Origin: Squalus acanthias
Taxonomy: Eukaryota
Reading direction: 5' to 3'
NCBI GenBank assembly: GCA_030390025.1
Contig: CM059431.1
Coordinates: 139,688,001 to 139,752,000 of the forward strand
DNA: 64,000 nt
Below are positions 51,070 through 63,034 of the stretch, piece after piece (within the stretch, counting starts at the first letter, position 1; each line of letters opens with the position of its first letter). The translations under genes and the position numbers were made by a program. The notes beneath the pieces are model-generated. The model was given only the letters and a program-made list of their open reading frames with translations. It made no database searches and was not told where the DNA came from.

Positions 51070-52735
51070 CTGTGAACACAAATGGAGAAAACTAAACACA
51101 TTATCCACTTTCTATCCGGGCTACATTATTTCCTCCAACACCAAACAGCTGAAGCCTCCTGTGAACCACATTCTCTGACACCTGAAAACCCATATACACC
51201 GCAAACGTGACATTTCATCCAACTATATTGTCACGTCTCAACAAAGCTGTATCAAATTTGTCAAATACGACTCGTCTACAGATAATCTGTTCCAGCCTCC
51301 CCTCAGCATCCCCTGTTGATCCTCGCTCCCTATTTTAACAGAGACATTGTTTGGGCTCCTTCAGGCCAACTGTGTATTTTGATATCAAAACGAGGATTGA
51401 AAAATTATCTTCAGAGTCCCTCCTACCTCCTCTGACTTCCTTTAATAGGCTGGGGTGCATTATCTCTGGGCTCACTGACTTATCCACCTAGGCTATTGAA
51501 CCAAGATCCAAATCCATCTCTACAGTTATCTCTAAATATGGTCGCACATCCTGCTCTAGTAGACCAACATTTTCACTTCCACCATCATTTTTAGAAACTA
51601 AATAGTTTGCATCTCCCAAAACGTCATCCTCCAAAACTAGTTTCTCCAGTACCCCCTCTACCTCACCTCCACTGCTTGCTGGCCTGCAAAACCCACCAAG
51701 AATTGTGCTGTTTCCCTTCCTATTGCTGATGTGTGTGCAAATGGATTCTATCTTAACATAGCTCCCTGTAACATCATTATGTTCTAAACCTCTCTGCCTC
51801 TCTCCTCCTTTACGACACGCCTTAAAACCTACCTCTTTGACCAAGCTTTTTGTCACCTGCCCGAATATCGCCTTATGCGACTTTGTATCAAATTTGGTTT
51901 GAGAACGGTCCTGTGAAGCACCTTGGGAAGTTTTACTACGTTAAAGGCACTATATAAATGCAGGTTTATTGTTGTTCTAGCATGGTCATAGAACCCTTTA
52001 ATTAACCTCACTCCCCAGCTCTTTCCCCATTTTTTCCCTTAAGTATTTACCCAATTACTTTTTGAAAGTTATTATTGAATCTGCTTCCACCACTCTTTCA
52101 GGCAGTGCATTCCAGTTTACATGTTTCCTGATGTTGCCTCTGGTAATTGTGCTACTTACATAACACTCGATGCCAAATCCAATTTTTTGGAACATGGAAC
52201 TGTTTTTGTTTTTATCTTAAACCAAGTGACCAGCTCTTTTTTCTGCTAATTACGTTTCACTATTTCATAAATTTTTTAAGCACGCTCTCTCATCTCAGAA
52301 CCGGATATTTCTCACCCTCCATTCATATCCGTGATACACGTCCACTGCTCCATTCACCTTTTGTGTAAAACCATTGTTGTTGGTCGGTACAGATCATGGC
52401 CGTCCCTTCCCTTCTCCCTGAACTCAAACCTACTGCCCCAAGAACGTGAACCCTTCCCTCCTGCTCCAGCCCTGCAGCCGCACATTGACCTGCCTCATAA
52501 TTCCCTCCACAAGTGGCTCAGTGCAAAACAATCCGGAGATCACCACCTTGAGGCCTGGTTTTTTGGTCTGGAGCCGTAGTCTTAATATTCCTTCTATAAA
52601 CGTGTTTCAATCGGTGTTGCTGGTACCGACCATGGCTATTTTCTGCTCTCCTTTCCTTCCCATAGATGGTGCCACCTGTTCCTGGATGTTCTTCTCTGGC
52701 ACCAGGAAGGCATCTTACCATTCGGGACCTGCTCA

Positions 52736-53618
52736 TAGGAACATAAGAAATAGGAGCAGGAGTAGGCCATTCGGCCCTTCGAGCCTGCTCCGCCATTCAA
52801 TGAGATCATGGCTGATCTTCTACCTCAATTCCATTCACCGGCCCTATCGCCATATCCCTTGATGCCCTTACTAGTCAGAAATCTATCGACTTGTTTTGAA
52901 TATACCCAATGACTGAGCCTCCACAGCCCTCTGGGGTAGAGAATTCCAAAGATTTACCACCCTCCTTGTGAAGAAATTTCTTCTCAGATCTTGAATGGCC
53001 TACCCTTTATCTTGAGGCTGTGGCCCCTGGTTCTAGACTCCCCAGCCAAGGGAAACATACTCCCAGCATCCATCCTATCAAGCCCTGTAATAATTTTGTA
53101 TGCTTCAATGAGATCCACTCTCATTCTTCTGAATTCAAGACAATACAGGCCTAGTTTACTCAATCTCTTCTCATACAACAGTCCCGCAATCCCAGGAATC
53201 TATCTCGTGAACTTTCATTGCACTCTCTCTATGGCAAGTATATCCTTCCTTAGGTCAGGAGACCAAAATTGTACACAGTACTCCAGGTGTGGTCTCACCA
53301 AGGCCCTATATAATTGGAGTAAGACTTCTTTACTCCTGTACTCAAATCCTATTGTAATGAAGGCCAGCATACCATTTGCCTTCCTAATAGCTTGCTGCAC
53401 CTGCACATTCACTTTCAGTGACTCATGTACAAGGACACCCAGGACCCTTTGAGCATCTGCATTCCCCAATCTTTCACCATTGAGGAAATACACTGCCTTT
53501 CTGCTTTTTCTACCAAAGTGGATAACTTCACATTTATCCCCATTATTTTCCATCTGCCATGTTCTCACCCACTCACTAAGCCAGTCGAGTTCCCGTTAAG
53601 CCTCTTCACATCCTCTTC
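52736..53618 (-). mobile_element. 5'-truncated CR1 with 5-bp TSD (gctca)
   Basis: DKCEVIHFG...LVRPHLEYCVQFWSP; tail 'aggaacataagaa'; the empty site is visible in copy C at about 61055. Confidence 0.92.
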
Positions 53619-54010
53619 GCTCAGAGCTGCAGACAACTCTGTCCATTACACTGACTATAATTTCTCCCACCACTATCGTTCTGCTCTTCCTCTGCCCCAC
53701 CTGCCTCTCACCCCAGCCCCACTCGGGGTGGATCCCTGGAGTCACACTGTTGCTCAGGAAGACCCTCCTCTGAGTCACTGTCTCCATCCACCTGACAGTC
53801 CCCAATACCAGGGATCTATTGGACAGTTCCAGGTACTCGGGGGCTCCCTCCACCTGTGACTATGATGTCTCTCTAGATGGTCACTCACTTCCCTCTTTCT
53901 AATCAGCCCCTGTCCTGTTCCCTCTTCCTGTGGGAGCTGCAGGATCTTGCAGGAGATCTGGACCATTTGTCAGAACAGAAATTATATTTTAAAGTATTTT
54001 GTGAACCTAC

Positions 54011-54068
54011 CTGTGTCCATTCTTGTTGAAGATGTTGGATCTTCTCCCCTGTTTGGACCTTCAGCCAT
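54011..54068 (-). pseudogene. NLR copy B first coding exon (MAEGPNRGEDPTSSTRMDT)
   Basis: Paralogue of 3775-3838; donor cag|gtagg. Confidence 0.78.
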
Positions 54069-54503
54069 GCCGGTGACAGGAGTTCCCAGATTCTGATGCT
54101 CTGTAATAAATATATTAATAGGAGGGTTAGATAGAAATATTAAACTGAGAAGGAGAACGTTGCCTAGTTAAACATGATATCAAGTCCCTCCTCACCATCA
54201 GTACAACAGCTGTTAGCTCTGGGATCGAGCATTTCCCGAGTGTTACGATCAACTCTTCGCATCAGGTGTGACACAGACAGCTGCCCACTGAGTCCCGCTG
54301 ATCTCCACAACCCAACTACAGCGATCATCCGTCACTCGGACATTTTATTTTCTCTTCCACCGAATTTTACAGCATCATGCGCGTCATCCGGGGACTGGGG
54401 GTGGGGCAGAAGCGAGCATGCGCACTGCGGCTGGAGAGCGCATACGCTGCATAAATTAATAAATACTAACTGAACACGCCCCTTCTATTGGCTGCACACA
54501 TTA

Positions 54504-54723
54504 CGATAGCAAAATACTGCAGATGCTGGAAATCCGAAATAACAACAGAAAACGCTGGAAAAACTCAGCAGGCCAGGCAGCATCCGTGGAGAGAGAAAGA
54601 GAGTTGACGTTTCAGGTCGATGACCTTTCATCAGTTCTGATGAAAGGTCATCGACCTGAAACGTCAACTCTCTTTCTCTCTCCACGGATGCTGCCTGGCC
54701 TGCTGAGTTTTTCCAGCGTTTTC
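54504..54723. mobile_element. 220-bp palindromic PLE pLTR insertion (family 1) with 14-bp TSD
   Basis: Perfect 87-bp arms 54548-54634 and 54637-54723 with a 2-nt loop; TSD ggctgcacacatta (54490-54503 / 54724-54737). Confidence 0.96.
54633..54669 (+). ncRNA. Minimal hammerhead ribozyme (family 1) at the palindrome centre
   Basis: AGUU-CUGAUGA-A-AGGUC-AUC-GACCU-GAAAC-GUC-AACU. Confidence 0.85.
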
Positions 54724-54924
54724 GGCTGCACACATTAGATTGACATGGCTGCCGACCATTAGGACTCCGCAGCGACATAGAGCTCCGCCCACTGTGATTT
54801 GAACCGAGGCGGCCACCGCGCGTGGTGAGCATTGTTATGGGTGACGTCAGAGCCCCGCCCACGTCGATTGTGACTAAAAACAGAAAATGCTGCAAATACT
54901 CAGCAGGTCAGAGAGAATCACTGC

Positions 54925-54992
<68 letters not shown>

Positions 54993-55189
54993 TGTGAGTG
55001 AGAGAGAGAGAGAGAGAGAGAGAGTGTGTGTGAGAGAGAGAGAGAGAGAGAGTGAGAGAGAGTGTGTGTGAGAGAGAGAGAGAGTGTGAGAGAGAGAGAG
55101 AGTGTGGGAGAGAGAGTGTGAGAGAGAGTGTGAGAGAGAGAGTGTGAGTGAGAGAGTGTGTGTGAGAGAGAGTGTGTGTGAGAGAGAGA

Positions 55190-55221
<32 letters not shown>

Positions 55222-55418
55222 GTGAGTGAGAGAGAGAGAGAGTGTGTGTGAGAGAGAGAGATAGAGTGTGTGAGAGAGAGAGTGTGTGAGAGAGAGAGTG
55301 TGAGAGAGAGAGAGAGTGTGGGAGAGAGAGTGTGGGAGGAGTGTGAGAGAGTGTGTGAGAGAGAGAGTGTGTGAGAGAGAGTGTGTGTGAGAGAGTGTGT
55401 GTGAGAGAGAGAGTGAGA

Positions 55419-55451
<33 letters not shown>

Positions 55452-55947
55452 TGTGAGAGAGTGAGTGAGAGTGTGTGAGAGAGAGAGTGAGTGTGTGAGA
55501 GAGAGTGTGTGTGTGAGAGAGAGTGTGTGTGTGAGAGAGAGTGTGTGTGAGAGAGAGTGTGTGTGTGAGAGAGAGTGTGTGTGTGAGTGAGAGAGAGTGT
55601 GTGAGTGAGAGAGAGTGTGTGAGAGAGAGACAGAGTGAGAGAGAGAGACAGAGTGAGTGTGAGAAAGAAAGAAAGAGTGTGTGAGAGTGAGTGAGTGAGT
55701 GAGAGAGTGAGAGAGTGAGAGTGTGAGAGTGAGTGTGAGAGAGAGACAGAGAGTGAGAGAGAAAGAAAGAGAGTGTGTGAGAGTGAGAGAGAGTGTGTGT
55801 GAGAGTGAGAGAGAGTGTGTGTGAGAGGGAGAGAGAGTGTGAGAGTGAGAGAGTGTGAGAGAGAGAGAGTGTGAGAGAGAGAGAGTGTGAGAGAGAGAGA
55901 GTGTGAGAGAGAGAGAGAGTGTGAGAGAGAGAGTGTGAGAGAGAGAG
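54925..55947. repeat. Compound (GA)n/(GT)n microsatellite adjoining a decayed pLTR end (54875-54930)
   Basis: Direct observation. Confidence 0.97.
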
Positions 55948-56147
55948 NNNNNNNNNNNNNNNNNNNNNNNNNNNNNNNNNNNNNNNNNNNNNNNNNNNNN
56001 NNNNNNNNNNNNNNNNNNNNNNNNNNNNNNNNNNNNNNNNNNNNNNNNNNNNNNNNNNNNNNNNNNNNNNNNNNNNNNNNNNNNNNNNNNNNNNNNNNNN
56101 NNNNNNNNNNNNNNNNNNNNNNNNNNNNNNNNNNNNNNNNNNNNNNN
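55948..56147. other. Assembly gap (200 N)
   Basis: Run of N. Confidence 1.
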
Positions 56148-57135
56148 CCCCACACCCCACTGACCCAGCCCCACGCCCACACCCCACTGACCCAGCCCCA
56201 CGCCCACACCCCACTGACCCAGCCCCACACCCTACTGACCCAACCCCACACCCACACTCCACTGACCCAGCCCCACACCCACACCCCACTGACCCAGCCC
56301 CACACCAACACCCCACTGACCCAGCCCCACATCAACACCCGACTGACCCAGCCCCACATCAACACCCCACTGACCCAGCCCCACACCCACACCCCACTGA
56401 CCCAGCCCCACACCCCACTGACCCAGCCCCACACCCCACTGACCCAGCCCCACACCCACACCCCACTGACCCAGCCCCACACCTCACTGACCCAGCCCCA
56501 CACCCCACTGACCCAGCTCCACACCGACACCCCACTGACCCAGCCCCACTCCCACACCCCACTGACCCAGCCCCACACCCACACCCCACTGACCCAGCCC
56601 CACACCCCACTGACCCAGCCCCACACCCACACCCCACTGACCCAGCCCCACACCCACACCCCACTGACCAAGCTCCACACCCCACTGACCCAGCCCCACA
56701 CCCCACTGACCCAGCCCCACACCCCACTGACCCAGCCCCACACCCCACTGACCCAGCCCCACACCGACACCCCACTGACCCATCCCCACACCCACACCCC
56801 ACTGACCCAGCCCCACACCCACACCCCACTGACCCATCCCCACACCCACACCCCACTGACCCAGCCCCACACCCCACTGACCCAGCCCCACACCCACACC
56901 CCACTGACCCAGCCCCACACCCACACCCCACTGACCCAGCCCCTCACCCCACTAACCCAGCCCCACACCCACACCCCACTTACCCAGCCCCACATCCCAC
57001 TGACCCAGCCCCACATCCCACACCTCACTGACCCAGCCCCACACCCCACTGACCCAGCCCCACACCCCACTGACCCAGCCCCACACCCCACTGACCCAGC
57101 CCCACAGCAACATACTACTCACCCAGCCCAACACT
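56148..57135. repeat. C-rich minisatellite with 21/27-bp units (ccccactgacccagccccaca[cccaca])
   Basis: Direct observation. Confidence 0.97.
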
Positions 57136-57409
57136 GATAATCCACGGAACCAGCCCCACCCACAGGATGGAAGTGCACCGTGTCTGTCACAAGAGGGCGG
57201 GCAGAGTACTCTAGGGCACCGAGCCCACAGGATGGCACTGTAGCTCACCTGGCAGATTGTTATGGACAAGCTGAACGTTTTGTAAAGTATCTGCAGGACC
57301 AGGGACTGATTCCGAATGACATGGCGTACAGCAAAGATCCTGGCTGGATACGATAGCCAAATACCCGACTTATCAGGTTGATGAGGCAAGATTACAGGTC
57401 TCCACAAAT

Positions 57410-57790
57410 AGCAGCTTTGATTTATAAAGCGTCTTTAAATTAGTACGACGTTCCAAGGCACTTTGCAGGAGCGTTAACAAACAAAATTTGACACTGAGCC
57501 ACATATTAGGACAGGTGACCAAAAGCTTAGTCGAAGAGGTAGATTTTAAAGGAGCGTCTTAAAGGAGAGAGGGGGAATTCCAGACTTTAGGACAGTAGAA
57601 GGCAGGGCCGCCAGTGGTGGAGTGATTACAATCGGGGGTGCGCAAGAGGCCAGAATTAGAGGATCGCAGAGATCTCGAGGGTTTAGGGTTGGAGGAGGTG
57701 ACAGAGATAGGGAGTGGCGAGGCCATGGAGGGATTTGAAATCAAGGATGAGAATTTTTAAATCGAGGTGTTGCCAATGTAGGTCAGAAAG
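57410..57790 (-). mobile_element. L2-type 3' fragment, duplicated at 63290-63660
   Basis: RSLRSSNSGLL...VWNS; near-identical paralogue including unique flank. Confidence 0.8.
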
Positions 57791-58342
57791 CACACTGGTG
57801 ATGGGTACTTTCTATATCAGATCTATACAGACACGTCTCAGAAAAGCTGCATCAAATTCGTCAAATACAACTTGCCTACAGCTAATCTGTTCCAGCCTCC
57901 CTTTTATCTCTAAATGTTCACTGATTCAACCTGGAATTACAGATTCGAACAGCTTGCTCACCAATAACAGACTAATTGGTCTGCAGTTACCCGCTGATCC
58001 TCTCTCCCCATTTTAACAGAGACATTGTTTGGGCTCTTTCAGTCCACCTGTATTTTCGGATATTATCTGAGGATTGAAAAATTGTGGTCAGAGTCCCTTT
58101 TATCTCCCCTCTGATTTCCTTTAACAGCCTGAGGTGCATTATCTCTGAGCCCAGTGACTTATCCACCTCGGCTATTTTTCTCAGATCCAAATCCTTCGCT
58201 ACAGTGATCACTGACTGGACCCACATCCTCCTCCATTACATCAACATTTTCACTTCTACCAACAAAGGAAATATTTTGTATCTCCCCATACCTTCACCCT
58301 CCATGAGTTTCCCCCCACTCCCCCTCTATCTCACCTCCACTG

Positions 58343-58484
58343 CAACGTTCCCGCTAAGCTGCACGACCGCACAGCTATCTGGAGATGTCGCACAGGCCGC
58401 TTACCGGCTTTTCTATGGTAGATTTGGCACATGCGTGAAATTGTGAATGGGTCCCGCACGCAAAAAAAATTAGGGGGAACATTG
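58343..58484. mobile_element. Short TIR element (hAT-like MITE)
   Basis: caacgttcccgctaa / ttagggggaacattg inverted ends; absent from paralogue B. Confidence 0.6.
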
Positions 58485-58524
58485 CTATTACCCTTCTTAT
58501 TGCTTAACTGTGTACATATGGATT

Positions 58525-60040
58525 ACATAGAATTACAAATATACAACACAGAAAAAGGCCATTTGGCTCAACCAGTCCATTTATGCTCCACTCGAGCCTT
58601 CTCCCATCCTTCCTCATCTATATATCAGCATAACCCTCTATTCCCTTCTCCCTCACAGGCTTATCAAACCTCCCCTTAAATGAATCTATACTATTCGATT
58701 CAACCACTCTCTGTGGTAGGGAGTTCCACATTCTCACCACTCTCTGGCTAAAGATGTTTCTTCTGAATTCCCTATTTTATTTCTTGGTGACTATCTGACA
58801 TCGATGGTCTCCAGTTTTACTCTTCCCCACAAGTGGAAACACTCTGTCTACTGTATCAAAACCTTTCATAATTTTAAATACTTCTAATAGGTCACCCCTC
58901 AACCCTCTCTTTTCAGGAGAAAACAGACCTACCTGTTCAAACTTTCCTGGTAGGTATAGCCTCGCAGTTTTGGTATCATCCTTGTCAATCTTTTTTGCAC
59001 CTACTCCAGTGCCTCTATACGTTTTTTCCAAAATATGGCGACTAGAACTATACGCAATACTCCAAGTGTGGTCTAACCAAGGTTCGATACAAGTTTAGCA
59101 AAACCTCTATTTTTCAATTCTATCCCTCGACAAATAAAACCTCGTGCTTGGTTTGCTTTTGTTATGGCCTTATTGACCTGCGTCTTAACTTTTAATGATG
59201 TATATTTGTACTCAGAGATCCCTTTGCTCCTCTACCCCATATAGATTCTTATTTTCTATGTAATATGTGACCTCCTTACTTTTCTTACCAAAATGTAATA
59301 CATCACACTTATCCATGCTGAAATTCATTTGCCAATTATATGCCCATTCTGCTAGTTTATTAATGTCTTCCTGTAATGTATTGCAGTCCTCCCCAGTATT
59401 GACTATCCCTCCCAATTTGGTGTTGTCCACAAATTTAGAAATTGTGTTTTTGATTCCAAACGCTAAATCGTTAATATAAATTGTGAACAACAGTGGTCCC
59501 AGCACTGATCCTTGTGGAACACCACTATCCACCTTCTGCCACTATGAATAGCTACCCTTTACCCCTACTCTCTGATTCTGTCTTGCAGCCACCTAACTAT
59601 CCATTCTGCTACTTGTCCCCCGAATCCTCATGCTCTCACCTTATACATTAGTTTATTATGTCGTACCTTATCAAAGGCATTTTTGGAAATCTAGATATTT
59701 TACATCTACTACATTACCCCTGTCTACTCTCTCTGTTCCCTCTTCAAAGAATTCAATGAAGCTGGTCAAGCAAGTCTTTCCCATTTGAAATCCACGTTGA
59801 CTATTCATTATTATATTTTTGGTTTCTAGATGTTTTTATATTTTCTCTTTTAGTACAGATTCCATTATTTTTCCTACTACTGATGTTATGTTGACTGGTT
59901 TATAGTTTCCTAGATATCTTCGATCTCCCTTCTTAAATATACGTATAACGTTAGCCATCCACTAGTCCTCTGACACCTTTTTCGAACGAATTATTCAAAA
60001 CGTGTAATAGTGCCTTTTCACTATTTTCTTTTAAAATGCA
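58525..60040 (-). mobile_element. Degenerate CR1 specific to copy C
   Basis: SGVPQGSVLGPLLFTIYINDL...SKFVDNTKLG; absent at the paralogous site near 51745. Confidence 0.9.
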
Positions 60041-61448
60041 CGGATTCTATCTTAATATAGCCACAGGGACATCCTTGTGTTCAAAATATCTCTTTCATCC
60101 TTTGAGACGCTCCTTAAAACTTACCTCTTTGAAGAAGCGTTTGTTCACCTGTACTAATATCTCTCTATGTGGCTCGGTGTCACATTGTGTTTGATGACGC
60201 TCCTGTGAAGCGCCTTGGGACGTTTTACTATGTTAAAGATGCTACAGAAATCCAAGTGTCTTGTTGTTCTCCTAGTGCTGTCCTTTATTAATTCTGGCAT
60301 CCACAATTATTTTTCTCTCTCCTGAAAATGTTATGACCAGGAACATGTCTGAGTCCAGTGATATCCCTGGCCCTGTCCTATCAATACTAAATCACATCTC
60401 ATGCTTCTGACTTTCCAAATGTCTTTGGAATGATTTGTACATTTACAGGCACAATATTCAAACCTAAATCCAATTCTTTGGAATGTTGACCCTTGTTTAA
60501 TTTGCATTTTAACACCAAGTCACTTCATCTCTCACTACTCAAAAGCAATCTTCCTTTTTCCTGCTAATAATTTTTCACTATTTCATAAATATTCTGTTTC
60601 AGCTCAAACAGTTTTATTAATTCCGCTCTCTAGTCTCAGATGCGGATAATTCCCACCCTACAGTCATATCAGTTGATACGTCCCACTGCTCCATTCACCT
60701 ATTCTGTAAAACTGTTGTTGTTGGTGGGTTCAGATCACGGCCGACCCTTCCCTTCTCCCTGAACTCACTCTAGGCACCCAAGAACATGAGCCCTTCCCTC
60801 CTGCTCCAGCCAAGCAGCCCCACATTGACCTGTCTCATTATTTCCCTCATACAGCGGCCCAGTGCAAAACAATCCAGAGATCACCACCTTGAGGCCTTGT
60901 CTTTAGTCTAGTGCCTCAGTCTCAATATTCCCTCTATAAACGTATTTCTATCCGTGGAACTGATTCCGACTATGGGTAATTTCTGCTCCCGTTCCCATCT
61001 TTTCCAGGATGCTCTTCTCTCTGGCACCAGGGAGGCATCTTACCATTCGGAACCTGCTCAGGGCTGCAGACGATTCTGTCCATGCACCTGACTACAGAAT
61101 CTCCCACCACTATCGCTATTCTATTTTTGTTCCCCACCTGCCTCTCACCCCCGCCCCACTGGGTGGCCTCCTGCTCCCTGGTTTCACACTGTTGCTCAGG
61201 AAGACCCTCCTCTGAGTCACTGTCTCCGTCCACCTTACGGCCCTCAGTACTAGCTATTATTGGACAGTTCCAGTACTCGGGCTCCCTCCACCTGTGACTG
61301 TGATGTCCCTCTAGAGGGTCACTCACTTCCCTCTTTGTACTCAGCCCCTGTCCTGTTCCCTTTTCCTGTGTGAGCTGCAAGTTCAGGCACTTGATCTGGT
61401 CCTTTTATCGGGACAGAAATTGTACTTTAAAGTATTTTGTGAACCTAC

Positions 61449-61512
61449 CTGTGTCTATGCTCAGGCTCCTGATCGTTAAAATATCTTCCTCCCAGTCTGG
61501 ACCTTCAGCCAT
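61449..61512 (-). pseudogene. NLR copy C first coding exon (MAEGPDWEEDILTIRSLSIDT); downstream exons missing
   Basis: Paralogous exon with acceptor, accATGG and cag|gtagg donor; intron homology ends at about 57800, just before exon 2. Confidence 0.75.
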
Positions 61513-61764
61513 GGTGTTGACAGGCGTTCCCAGATTCTGATGCTCTGTAATAAATATATTAATAGGAGGGTTGGATGGAAATATTAAAATGAGAAGGAGA
61601 ACATTGCCTTGTTAAACATAATATCAAGTCCCTCCTCCCCCATCAGTACAGCAGCTGTTAGCTCTGGGATCGAGCATTTCCCGAATCTTACGATCAACTC
61701 TCCACATCAGGTGCGACACAGACAGCTGCCCAGTGAAATCCAGTGAGTCCCGCTGATCTTGCGT

Positions 61765-62860
61765 GTGCATGTTGGCAGGCGCTGCAGACCCGAGCAGTTC
61801 ATTTCTATTGCCACTTGTTTCTCCACTTTTCCTTTTCTCTCTATCCCTCCCTCATCACTCTCTCCTGTCATTATGCTTCCTTTCATCTCTCCTCTCTCAG
61901 ATACACTGCCTTTCCAAATCCCTACACTAACCCTTCATTACTCTTCGACCATTCTACTCTGCTGCTGCCGTCCCAGGCTTGACTCCCTCTTAAATAAGTC
62001 TACAGCTTCCCTCTGTGCCTCTCTTGGCATCCTCCGAATCTCCCACCGTGGCACTCGTTGCTGCCTCCTCACGAGCAGCAACCCCAACTGTATTATGCGA
62101 CTCTCTCGTCGACCTTCTGCCCAGCCAGCCCGCTGGGGGCTAATCTTCTCAATCTCCTTCCCGTCCAACTCACCCCTCCCAGCGCAGACCGTGTGGACAC
62201 TGGCAGTGGGTTAGCCATCACCGAACCTCTCCCCATCTCCCTCCAGAATGTCCATTCAGCTGCGAACAAGGTCCTTGCCATCCATGAGCTTATCGTGGAT
62301 GACTGCATCGACATCATGGCCCTGATGAAAACTTGGCTGAGGGGTGATGACGCGTTACCCTTAAATGAAGCCTCCCCGTGTGACTATATCTTCCACCACT
62401 TGCCCCGCCCAGACACCATGGGCAGTCTCATCACCCACTCACACCTTGGTCTTTCCCCCTACTCCTCCGCCACTTTCTCCTCCTTTGAGCATCTCACCTT
62501 ATTCCACAACTCTCACCTCATTTTAAATTCTCATTCTCTCCCGCCCACCCAAATTCCATTATAAATTTATCACCCTCTGCACCTGCACCGAGCGACTTCT
62601 CATCCTCGGTGATTTCAACCTCCATTTCAATTCATCATGGTCTCTGTCCTCTTGAATGGATATGGCGGACAACTGGTTTAGCCATTCGCCGCCAGATCTG
62701 GCTGCACAACATAAAGCATTATCGGGTCCTGCTGTCGTCTGCCAAAATTGCTCACTATTCCAGAACCTGGAATGCAAAGCTAAAAACCGGCTTCTCTTCT
62801 CCACTGCTAACCATCTTCTTAAACCCGTATCCCCGGTCTCCTCCACCCTCACCTCCTTCG
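61765..62860 (+). mobile_element. L2-type LINE 5'/APE endonuclease fragment
   Basis: LQNVHSAANK...IDIMALMKTWL..DD, ILGDFNLH. Confidence 0.75.
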
Positions 62861-63034
62861 CTTCAACCACTCCCTGTTACAGCGAGTTCCACATTCTCAC
62901 CACTCTCTGGCTAAACATGTTTCTTCTGAATTCCTATTTGATTTCTTGGTGACTATCTTATAGCTTGCTCATCCACCGCATTGATACAGCCAAACAACGA
63001 AACCCCACTGAACCAGCACCTTCCCGCCTGCCCA

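Larger units (their letters stand above)
40769..54068 (-). pseudogene. NLR copy B, full-length NACHT-LRR (NLRP3/NLRC3-like) pseudogene
   Basis: Exons 54011-54068, 50903-51069, remnant 50333-50392, NACHT 43583-45311, LRR 41328-41413, LRR 41023-41190, last exon 40769-40856; multiple disabling lesions. Confidence 0.9.
54370..54872 (-). promoter_or_regulatory. CpG-rich putative promoter of NLR copy B
   Basis: NRF1-like gcatgcgca (about 54416-54424), CCAAT on the minus strand (54486-54490), GC boxes (about 54784 and 54853), CRE tgacgtca (54842-54849); lies directly upstream of the conserved 5' exons. Confidence 0.55.

Noticed and set aside
54874..57137. Long His/Ser/Leu, Gly/Trp and Pro/His ORFs
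   Set aside because: Translations of micro- and minisatellites running across an N gap
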